A stretch of 64,000 nt of DNA. Source: a virus. The stretch lies in IMG/VR virus record IMGVR_UViG_3300010354_000046, positions 1 through 64,000 of that record. One strand, written 5' to 3'. Each line of letters begins with the position of its first letter. The first letter of the stretch is position 1. The notes below the pieces were generated by a model that searched no databases, was not told where the DNA came from, and saw only the letters and a list, made by a program, of their open reading frames with translations. Below, in pieces: positions 46,665 through 54,427 of the stretch. A program made the translations under genes and the position numbers.

Positions 46665-47012
46665 ATGTCTGCAAACTACACTCAAGAGCAGGTCAACGAA
46701 ATCGTACGTGAAGCACAAGAGGCAGCTCGTAAGGCTGCTCTGGACTTTTTCCAAACCCGTTTGGGCGGTCGTGACCAGTACGCCTGTGGCTTTGCCTGGG
46801 TCAACATCTACCGGGTCAAAGGCAACACCAAACTGGGCAAGATGCTCAAAGCCGCTGGTGTGCGTCAAGACTACACCAAAGCATTTCAAATTTGGAATCC
46901 CAGTGGCATGCCCGTGCAGAACGTAGACACTCTGGAAGCGGGTGCAGAAGCCGCCGCAAATGTCTTTCAAAAGTATGGCTTCGAAGCTTACGCAGGTAGC
47001 CGATTGGATTGA
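46665..47012 (+). CDS. Hypothetical protein
   Basis: ACGFAWV ... SRLD. Confidence 0.75.
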   Translation: MSANYTQEQVNEIVREAQEAARKAALDFFQTRLGGRDQYACGFAWVNIYRVKGNTKLGKMLKAAGVRQDYTKAFQIWNPSGMPVQNVDTLEAGAEAAANVFQKYGFEAYAGSRLD

Positions 47013-47068
47013 CAAAAGGGCCGCAAGGCCTTATAATAGATACTTCAACAAACAGTAAGGAGCGACAA

Positions 47069-47965
47069 ATGGGTAGACCCCTAGGCAGTAAGAACAAGGT
47101 TATGACACTGGCAGCACTCAAGCAGATTGAGTCCGACACCAAGAGCCTTGTACAGGATCCAGTTGAGAAAGACCTCAGCAAGGAAACAGACGAGCAGATT
47201 ATGGAGCGTCTGGGACAACGTTTTGAGATCCTGGAAGACATGACTCGTGCAGTCAAGAAGGGCGATGTACGTGCTATGATTGTATCGGGCCCTCCGGGTG
47301 TGGGCAAGAGCTTTGGCGTGGAGAAAGTACTAAGCAAGCACGATGTGTTCGCCGATGTTGCTGACGACAAGAAGCTGAAGAAGTACGAGATTGTCAAGGG
47401 CGCAATGAGTGCCATTGGCTTGTACTCAAAGCTCTATGAGTTCTCGGACAAGAAGTCAATCCTTGTGTTTGACGACTGTGACAGCGTATTGCTGGACGAC
47501 TTGAGCTTGAACATTCTCAAGGCAGCTCTGGACAGCAGTAAGAAGCGTACCATCCATTGGAACACTGACAGCAGGCTCCTGCGCTCAGAAGGTGTGCCCA
47601 ACAGCTTTGAGTTCAAGGGCGGTGCTATCTTTATTACCAATATCAAGTTCGACAACGTGCGCTCAAAGAAGCTGCGCGATCACTTGGAAGCATTGGAAAG
47701 CCGTTGCCACTACTTGGACTTGACTATTGACACAGAGCGTGAGAAGCTTCTACGCATCCGTCAGGTTGTACGTGATGCAGGCATGCTGGATGACTACGAG
47801 CTTAGTGATACAGCTAAGGCTGAAGTGGTAGACTTCATTGCAGACAATAGTAAGCGTATGCGTGAGCTGAGCTTGCGTATGGTGCTTAAGGTAGCAGACA
47901 TACGCCGTAGCATGCCCAACAACTGGCGTGCTGTAGTAGAGGTTACCTGTATGCGTAACCGTTAA
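47069..47965 (+). CDS. AAA+ ATPase
   Basis: Walker A GPPGVGKS, Walker B LVFDDCD, ITN sensor, ALESR. Confidence 0.9.
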   Translation: MGRPLGSKNKVMTLAALKQIESDTKSLVQDPVEKDLSKETDEQIMERLGQRFEILEDMTRAVKKGDVRAMIVSGPPGVGKSFGVEKVLSKHDVFADVADDKKLKKYEIVKGAMSAIGLYSKLYEFSDKKSILVFDDCDSVLLDDLSLNILKAALDSSKKRTIHWNTDSRLLRSEGVPNSFEFKGGAIFITNIKFDNVRSKKLRDHLEALESRCHYLDLTIDTEREKLLRIRQVVRDAGMLDDYELSDTAKAEVVDFIADNSKRMRELSLRMVLKVADIRRSMPNNWRAVVEVTCMRNR

Positions 47966-48101
47966 GAGTAAGCGGCCCGAGAGCCGCACTGGACCAGCCA
48001 ACGATTCGCTCCCGGTAACTGGTCCCCAAAAGGTCCCATAAGTCCGATTCGCTCCCGGCAAGACCTTTTTCAAATCCCCGACTGGTTCGGGGATTTTTTT
48101 T
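47966..48101 (+). ncRNA. Candidate 3'-UTR sRNA with two anti-RBS loops (AUUCGCUCC)
   Basis: CGATTCGCTCCCGG repeated at 48002 and 48045, each in the apex of a hairpin, followed by an intrinsic terminator. Confidence 0.7.
48072..48101 (+). terminator. Strong intrinsic terminator closing the early island
   Basis: AAATCCCCGA-CTGGT-TCGGGGATTT plus T-run. Confidence 0.9.
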
Positions 48102-48278
48102 GATTGATGTGGAGGGGGGCCGGCATGTATTTTTATAAATTGTTGTTTTTACGCAACAGCGCATGCAAAATTCACCCATAGGTGTAAAATCACCACCCCG
48201 AATCTATAAGTACTTTTATTTTAAATTTTTCGCAGCCACGTTTTTTTACCCTGTAGACCCTCGCCGCATATATACAGT

Positions 48279-48455
48279 ATGAATGAACTGTATACGCAAA
48301 CTGAACAGATCCGTGGACGCTGGTATCGCTATGATCCGGACCGTGATATATGGTATCCCATAGACAATCAGGACTCAGCCGTAAGTGCTTGGGCATGGGT
48401 CATTGTTGTGGCATTTTTAGCGGCTCTAGCTTACTATGCTGAATACTTACGCTAA
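48279..48455 (+). CDS. Small membrane protein
   Basis: Manual translation MNELYTQ...WYRYDPDRDIW...AWVIVVAFLAALAYY. Confidence 0.55.
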   Translation: MNELYTQTEQIRGRWYRYDPDRDIWYPIDNQDSAVSAWAWVIVVAFLAALAYYAEYLR

Positions 48456-48546
48456 AACTGACCCCACCAGAACTCTAAGTACTTCTCCCAAATTTTTTGC
48501 GTACAGTTTTTTTTGGTGCTAGGACCCATTTCAACACTATAAATAT

Positions 48547-48828
48547 ATGTTTACTACACTCAAAAGGAAACTTATCGCTATGGCTAAACCATTTGAAGTC
48601 CGTTTTAAGAAGTCGGAGCAAGAACCCATATACGAAGGTCCTATGGCACACGAATATACTGATCCTCGTGCTTTAAGCTATATTGAACAGCGTTATCGTG
48701 AAGTACATCCGCATCCAGAGCAAAACCCATTTACGCATCCATGGTTGTTTAATCCCATGTCACCACCACGAGGCTTTGCTTGGGATCCATACTACGAGTG
48801 TTGGATCCGTGACATCAACTCCAAGTAA
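48547..48828 (+). CDS. Hypothetical protein
   Basis: 93 aa after TAAATA (48540). Confidence 0.6.
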   Translation: MFTTLKRKLIAMAKPFEVRFKKSEQEPIYEGPMAHEYTDPRALSYIEQRYREVHPHPEQNPFTHPWLFNPMSPPRGFAWDPYYECWIRDINSK

Positions 48829-49072
48829 GCAAGAATAACATACGGTTTCGATCTCTTCGAAACGCAACACAGGCTTCCCAATAACATTGGTTCTGCTGTT
48901 GACTGTAAGCCCATTCTACCCAATGTGGGCCTGTGTACTGATTAAGCCATGATTCCAGTGTATCAATACTGTTGATCCAATCTTCCTGCCAATTGGTCAT
49001 GATCTTGGGCCAGGGCACACGAGCCACATACTCAAATTCATGATACTCAGGCAAATAGTATATGTTGGGCAT
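48815..49072 (-). CDS. Hypothetical protein, F-L-L-x-W family
   Basis: WLNQYTG...FRRDRNRMLFLLTWS. Confidence 0.7.
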   Translation of the reverse strand: MPNIYYLPEYHEFEYVARVPWPKIMTNWQEDWINSIDTLESWLNQYTGPHWVEWAYSQQQNQCYWEACVAFRRDRNRMLFLLTWS

Positions 49073-49198
49073 ACAGTATTTACTGCCTGGGAAATTTGTC
49101 ATTATACTAGCAGATAATTTGGCTAATTTTTGCTTAACCGGTTTTGCTTCGCGCTTGCGCTGTCGCGCAGCCTGGTTTCTAGCTGCGCTTCGCGATTC

Positions 49199-49807
49199 TT
49201 ATCTAAACTGTGGACCTGTACACCAACCCACTAGACTGTAGCGTTTGCCACGTGTTATGGGTGTAACCCTGTGTGTGATCACTGAAGGAAAGGCTATAAA
49301 TGTGCCCTGCTCTCTAGGCATTGGCTGTGGCTCCAAGCCCGTGAGTATTTCCAATTCGCCGCCTTCATAGGCCTGTGGCTGTGATAACTGTATGCTAAAA
49401 CTCAGTTTGCGATAGCTGTTGTCGCCCTGACTGGCATTGTCTATGTGCCAACCAAAAAAATCTCCCGTGTTATCATAGCAGGTAAACTGTAGAGGATCTA
49501 TATAGTCCAAATCAAAACGCCAGTCCACGCCATTGACCTGTTGTACTGCCGCAGTACAGCGTTCATAGATCCAGCGATAGTCCTCTACCGTGGGATCCAT
49601 CCAACAGACGTCTCCTCGGCGTACTGAATCCAAGTAGGCAACTTCCTGTTCTTGATGTACCTTGGCCGAGTGTCTCTTTTCTCGTGCCAGAACTAGGTCT
49701 ATAATTTGTCTACATTCTCTAGGCTGAAATACTCCGCCCAGTACTGCATAAATGTTAAATCTCTGTCGCAGTTGTTCTTGTGGTGTGCGTAGTGACCAAG
49801 CTAGCAT
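49199..49807 (-). CDS. 2OG-Fe(II) oxygenase (prolyl-4-hydroxylase/PKHD-like)
   Basis: WHID, RKLS, YEGGEL, FPS..THRVTPITRGKRYSLVGW. Confidence 0.9.
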   Translation of the reverse strand: MLAWSLRTPQEQLRQRFNIYAVLGGVFQPRECRQIIDLVLAREKRHSAKVHQEQEVAYLDSVRRGDVCWMDPTVEDYRWIYERCTAAVQQVNGVDWRFDLDYIDPLQFTCYDNTGDFFGWHIDNASQGDNSYRKLSFSIQLSQPQAYEGGELEILTGLEPQPMPREQGTFIAFPSVITHRVTPITRGKRYSLVGWCTGPQFR

Positions 49808-50258
49808 TTGTGTCCTTTAGATAATAACCATAATTTACTGTGGTTTCATTGCGGCGATATTCTCTAGCACCGTTTTTCAAATGAAAGCGTCGTGCCAGTT
49901 CTGTCGGTGGGCTCAGTGTGACTATGCCCCGGATTTGATCGCCCCATTCGGCCAAGAGTCGTTGGCTGGCCTGACGTAGCAGTTCAGCACCTGCACCTGG
50001 ACTGTAACTCCAAATGGTGTAGAATACTGCTATGCTACATTGTTTGGGCATGGTTTCGAGGTCTTGTTCTGTGGAAGGAATATCACCCAACCAAGCCATA
50101 CAGGTCACTGCCAGTACACGGTCGTCCGTGTCAGTTAAGGCCATTATTTCGCTAAATTCATTTATACGCTGTTCAAGAGGAATGTGCGGTCGTACTGGAT
50201 CATCTTTGATGACTCTAGTAATAGGATGATTAATATCCTTGACACGCACAAACTCCAT
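49755..50258 (-). CDS. Hypothetical protein, possible GNAT-like fold
   Basis: FYTIWSY..GAG..LL, TLSP, FHLKNGA. Confidence 0.55.
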   Translation of the reverse strand: MEFVRVKDINHPITRVIKDDPVRPHIPLEQRINEFSEIMALTDTDDRVLAVTCMAWLGDIPSTEQDLETMPKQCSIAVFYTIWSYSPGAGAELLRQASQRLLAEWGDQIRGIVTLSPPTELARRFHLKNGAREYRRNETTVNYGYYLKDTNASLVTTHTTRTTATEI

Positions 50259-50315
50259 GATTGTTCTCCAGCATTATATACGTACTTATCCGTTCCACGG
50301 AAAAAGCCCCAAGTT

Positions 50316-50888
50316 CTAGGTTCGATACTGAGTATTGAAACTCAAAGTCATTCTGCCCTGGGCTTGGTTGTCCAGACTGTCATGTGCTAGCCAGCTGGGG
50401 AAAATGATCAAACGGCCCGGCTCAGCTAGAAACTCATGGAAATTTTCATTATAGAAAGTTGTGTGTGTACTAAGCTCAAACATGCGTAACTGTTCAATAG
50501 GACTGTGAACTCTGAGACTGCATGATCCCGGTGGTGTGTGAACGAACAAGGCTGCTGAAACTATGCTGTGTTCGTGTCTGTGCCGTTCAACTCTGTCGCC
50601 CGGATCATACCGATTGAGCCAGCTGTGATTTATATACAAGGGTCTACAGCCCACAGTCTTGGCCCACACATCAACTGCCTGTTCTAAGTCTTCACGTAGA
50701 TCCCTAAGGTCTGGATGCCCCAGTATGCCTCCAGGCCAGCCCTGGCGATTTGGGTAAGTAGTGGCTGCTAACAGTCTAACCCGTTCGTATTCCATGTGCA
50801 GGGCTAGGTCGGCTAATCGTGCAAAATCTTTATGACCTTTTAGATCATGCTGATGTATCACTGTGGGAAATAGCAGTACTTCATCCAT
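50316..50888 (-). CDS. Putative 2OG-Fe(II) oxygenase (TIGR02466-like)
   Basis: LFPT, SWLN, HRH, FPSWLAH, RMTLSFN. Confidence 0.85.
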   Translation of the reverse strand: MDEVLLFPTVIHQHDLKGHKDFARLADLALHMEYERVRLLAATTYPNRQGWPGGILGHPDLRDLREDLEQAVDVWAKTVGCRPLYINHSWLNRYDPGDRVERHRHEHSIVSAALFVHTPPGSCSLRVHSPIEQLRMFELSTHTTFYNENFHEFLAEPGRLIIFPSWLAHDSLDNQAQGRMTLSFNTQYRT

Positions 50889-52336
50889 TAGACTTCGTCT
50901 TGGTCTAGATTGTTTAACAGTTGGCGCAGTCTCGAACTTTCAACCTGTGCCTGCACCTTAGGTGTTTCCAAACTCCAACCTTCTTTGGGTGTGGCTCGTT
51001 CCCAACCAGAGGCCGGTGCTTCACCCTGTGCAGTTGAACGATTTTTAATCTGTGTCAGTAGTTGACTGCCTGCGCTGGCTGCGCCGCTGCCATAGCTTTC
51101 TTCCTGCTCCATGTCAGTGATGCGTAGTGTATCAATGTTAAACTCTAGATCAATTTTCTGTCCAACACCACTACTACTACGTGTTTTCATTAGTTGGATT
51201 TGATAACGTCCGCGTTCACGCATGGCACGGCTGGTAAAGATACCAAACACGTTATCCGCTGTTTGAATCTTGGATAAGCCGCCTGAAATGTGACTGTGAT
51301 CAAACTCAACTTCTTCCACAGCACCTCGGTTCAACTGCGCCGCAGTGACAAACACACAGTTCTTTTCCATGGCCAAGTTACGCAGTTCTTCACTCACATA
51401 CTTGTCTTTAACAAAGAGGTTTTCTGCTGAAATCTTACGGCCCATGGGCATTAACAAGTCCAAATAGTCTACCAATAGAACGTCAACCTTACGTTCCATT
51501 TTGATTTCATACTCTTTCAAGTAAGCACGAATATCGTTGGCTGTTTTTCCCGAAGGCATATACTTGACTTGGAACTGCCCTGACTTCTTGCCAATCATCT
51601 TAACTTTCATTTCAACGTCATCTAAACTTTTGAAAATGTCACGAGTAGCAATGCCAGTTACCATAGCATCCATACGCATGGATACCAGTTCTTCGCTAAG
51701 TTCTAAGGTCAAGTAAACTACATTCATGCCTGTTAGAGCAAAGTTCAATCCCAAGTTAGCTAGGAATAACGATTTACCCGCACCCGATCCTCCAGCAAAG
51801 ATATTAAGTTCCCCTCGATTAAATCCGCCAAACAGTTTGTCGTCGACACTTTTCCAACCTGTGCTGACCTGTCCGTTTTTGTCTTTGATCTTCATTAGAC
51901 GTGCTCGGGGATCATTAAAGTAGTCAGTGCCCAAGTCACGCTGTAGACCAATCTGTACTGCTGCCTTGATTTTATCTTCCACTGGACCATACTCGCCCTT
52001 TTCCAACAAGTCAGCACTTTCTAAAATAGCACGTTCAAGTCCTTTGTGGCGTGTAAAAGTTTCAAAGTCATTGAGCAGCCAATCGAAGTGTTCTTCGCGC
52101 AGGTCAGGTGTAATCTTAAAGTCGCTGCCAGTGGCTGCATTGATAATATCTGGCGTGGGCAATACGCTGTTTTCCTCAACATACTTGTTCAAAAACTCAG
52201 CAGATACCTGTAGTCTGCGATCAAATAGTTTGTGATCAAAAATGCTTTGGCAACGTACAAACGTGGCAGCATCTGCCAACATCATTTCCAAATATAGTTT
52301 TTGTATATCGTATCCGTAATCTACATTCTGTTTCAT
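50888..52336 (-). CDS. Replicative DnaB-family helicase (T4 gp41-like)
   Basis: GGSGAGKS, TLELSE, VDYLDL, TAAQLNR, MKTR. Confidence 0.92.
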   Translation of the reverse strand: MKQNVDYGYDIQKLYLEMMLADAATFVRCQSIFDHKLFDRRLQVSAEFLNKYVEENSVLPTPDIINAATGSDFKITPDLREEHFDWLLNDFETFTRHKGLERAILESADLLEKGEYGPVEDKIKAAVQIGLQRDLGTDYFNDPRARLMKIKDKNGQVSTGWKSVDDKLFGGFNRGELNIFAGGSGAGKSLFLANLGLNFALTGMNVVYLTLELSEELVSMRMDAMVTGIATRDIFKSLDDVEMKVKMIGKKSGQFQVKYMPSGKTANDIRAYLKEYEIKMERKVDVLLVDYLDLLMPMGRKISAENLFVKDKYVSEELRNLAMEKNCVFVTAAQLNRGAVEEVEFDHSHISGGLSKIQTADNVFGIFTSRAMRERGRYQIQLMKTRSSSGVGQKIDLEFNIDTLRITDMEQEESYGSGAASAGSQLLTQIKNRSTAQGEAPASGWERATPKEGWSLETPKVQAQVESSRLRQLLNNLDQDEV

Positions 52337-52354
52337 TTGTCTAGTATACACTCT

Positions 52355-53308
52355 TTAAGTTTTAATTTCAATATGTTTGACAGTCTGCCATTTATAGTCC
52401 CATTCTCTATGCTTGGTGTGATACAATACTGCACCAATAGCACTACTAGGATCGCCTGGCATGGGCAAACTCCAAATGTATTTCCACATAGGTTCTACTA
52501 TGTTCCGGTTGGCCTTTGAATTCATAGCACAGCCGCCCATATAAACTAAACAATCTGCACTGGTTAGTCGCTGAGCCAAGTGCATTACATTCTCAATGTT
52601 GCGCTCGAATACTGACTGTACTGCGGCAGCTATGTCGCATTGATCTTGTAGGTTACTAATAGGATAGGGCCAATCCAACACACCTCTATGTAGATTTTTT
52701 TGTAATTTTACAGTTGGCAGTATGTAATCTAGTACATCTGTATAGTATCTATCAGGATCACCATTATCGCTCATTTTCTGGAACAAGTGTTCTTGTTTAA
52801 TTGGTTCAAGACCGACTAGTTTAGTAAATGCACTATAAAGAAGACCTAAACTATGTGGGTATCTCCTGCTCCATACTTTCTTCATTTCGCCGTGACGTCC
52901 TTCCCAGATGCTGGCACAGTCCCATTCGCCTATTGCATCTAGAACTACAATAGCACAATGATTAAATGGACTAGTATAATAACCAGCAGCGGCATGACTA
53001 CCATGATGAGGAGTATAATGTAGTTGTGCATAGTCTAGTCTTGCACGTTTGAGATAATGCTTGGGCATTACAGACATGTCAAATGCTGTTTCGTATTGTT
53101 TTGCATACAGTTGTCTAGTTTTCTTAACCCACGGATTCTCATACCAGTAGATATGATCAGGGCCGCCGCTGGTTAAAAATTGACGTATTAAATTTGAATC
53201 TAATTCATCACTAGGACAGAATTCCCAATGCTTTAGCTTTCCGCCTGGCCCGTCGAACACAGCAAGACTACTGCCGTGATTAAGAGCATTAATTCCCCAG
53301 ATATTCAT
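52355..53308 (-). CDS. Carbamoyltransferase N-terminal (Kae1-like) domain, NodU/CmcH family
   Basis: HHGSHAAAGYYTSPF, VLDAIGE, SLGLLYS, MGGCAMN, PGDPSSAIGA. Confidence 0.85.
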   Translation of the reverse strand: MNIWGINALNHGSSLAVFDGPGGKLKHWEFCPSDELDSNLIRQFLTSGGPDHIYWYENPWVKKTRQLYAKQYETAFDMSVMPKHYLKRARLDYAQLHYTPHHGSHAAAGYYTSPFNHCAIVVLDAIGEWDCASIWEGRHGEMKKVWSRRYPHSLGLLYSAFTKLVGLEPIKQEHLFQKMSDNGDPDRYYTDVLDYILPTVKLQKNLHRGVLDWPYPISNLQDQCDIAAAVQSVFERNIENVMHLAQRLTSADCLVYMGGCAMNSKANRNIVEPMWKYIWSLPMPGDPSSAIGAVLYHTKHREWDYKWQTVKHIEIKT

Positions 53309-53418
53309 TTGTAAATAAACGGGTCTCTTTTACGTAGCTCTTCTAATCTACGTTTGAACTCTTGGCGTTCTTTATACCAACGCCAAGGTTTAAGTAAAAA
53401 ATTAATAATTGTTTTCAT
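53305..53418 (-). CDS. Small basic protein
   Basis: MKTIINFLLKPWRWYKERQEFKRRLEELRKRDPFIYK. Confidence 0.6.
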   Translation of the reverse strand: MKTIINFLLKPWRWYKERQEFKRRLEELRKRDPFIYK

Positions 53419-54419
53419 GTTATATCCTTAAACCATTGTTTAGCCCTTAACTGTATTTTAAGACTGTTCGATTCTGCAGACTGTTTGATCATATAAAGTA
53501 CAGTTAATTTTCCAAGTTTTTTTACAGCATCGTTAACATCTTTAACGCCCGGAGGCCATTCGGGCATACTTACACTCCAACCAAGTTCTATTGCTTGCTC
53601 GATTGTTTTAGGACCTTCGTGATCCCTGTCGGGTACCAGAATAATCTCTCGCCCTAATTGTTTAAGCAACCAATCTTGGCTTTCTTTTATCTCTGCACCT
53701 AGCAATGCACACCCGTCAATACTTAGCGCATCAAACGGTCCTTCGCAAACAATTACGAACGCCCGCTCGTTTGTCTGTTGCCTATCTAAATTGAACACGT
53801 AACCCGGTTGTTGTTCGCTAAGATAACGAGGCGTACCACCTTCATTTGTTGCTCTAGCAGTCCAGCCTACAATCTTGTTATCTTTGAAAAAAGGAATTAT
53901 AACACGATTCTTAAATCCTACTTTGTTAGTCCAATAGTAAGGATAATCATAAGGATCTAATCCTCTGTTGTTTCTTAGATAACAAAAAACATCTATAAGA
54001 CTTTGGTCAGTGTTTTCCCAACCCTGTAGTTCAATCCAACTACTCCATTGTTCTAAACTTTTTGCGTCCATAGGCAACGCTCGTTCATCAAATGTTGGAA
54101 TAATAGATCTTAACTGGACATCTGAGTTTTCATTTAGACGTAGTGCTTCTAGCCTTAGTTGATTAATAACATCATCGGGCACGTTGAGTAACCGCATGAG
54201 CTTGTTCATCTTTTGGCTAATTTGTCTACCAGGTTGCCAACTGGCTTTGAATTGGCAATTAAAGCAGTGGTAACTTACTGCATCTCCAGCGTTCAAAATC
54301 ATGCCGCCGCGACTTCTTTTATCATCGCAACAGGGTGCGTTGAAACTAATCCATCCGCTGGGGGTTTGCTTACGTTTTCCAGGTAAGTATTGCAGTAATG
54401 TATCTGAGATAAGGCTCAT
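53415..54419 (-). CDS. DNA primase (zinc finger plus TOPRIM)
   Basis: CC...YHCFNC, VIIPF...VGWTAR, CEGPFDA, PDRD, KDVNDA. Confidence 0.9.
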   Translation of the reverse strand: MSLISDTLLQYLPGKRKQTPSGWISFNAPCCDDKRSRGGMILNAGDAVSYHCFNCQFKASWQPGRQISQKMNKLMRLLNVPDDVINQLRLEALRLNENSDVQLRSIIPTFDERALPMDAKSLEQWSSWIELQGWENTDQSLIDVFCYLRNNRGLDPYDYPYYWTNKVGFKNRVIIPFFKDNKIVGWTARATNEGGTPRYLSEQQPGYVFNLDRQQTNERAFVIVCEGPFDALSIDGCALLGAEIKESQDWLLKQLGREIILVPDRDHEGPKTIEQAIELGWSVSMPEWPPGVKDVNDAVKKLGKLTVLYMIKQSAESNSLKIQLRAKQWFKDIT

Positions 54420-54427
54420 GCCTTATT

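Larger units (their letters stand above)
37430..47070 (+). repeat. Array of about 17 related early promoter/RBS cassettes
   Basis: TTGAC(A/T/G)-17-TATA(A/C)T with -35 at 37456, 37669, 38064, 38831, 39269, 39729, 40589, 40978, 41557, 42556, 42811, 44138, 45037, 45503, 46175, 46604, 47009; most followed by an A-rich leader and a GGAGCG RBS. Confidence 0.92.

Noticed and set aside
37430-47070. Repeated TTCGGTTGAC elements as a CRISPR array or integron attC array
   Set aside because: Spacing is hundreds of bp with whole genes between, the repeats are degenerate promoters, and there is no cas or integrase gene in the window.
38539-47655. Long minus-strand ORFs in the island (for example 38539..39114, 41039..41563, 42483..43067, 46846..47415)
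   Set aside because: They lie antisense to well-supported plus-strand genes that have promoters and RBSs; such ORFs are expected in GC-richer DNA.
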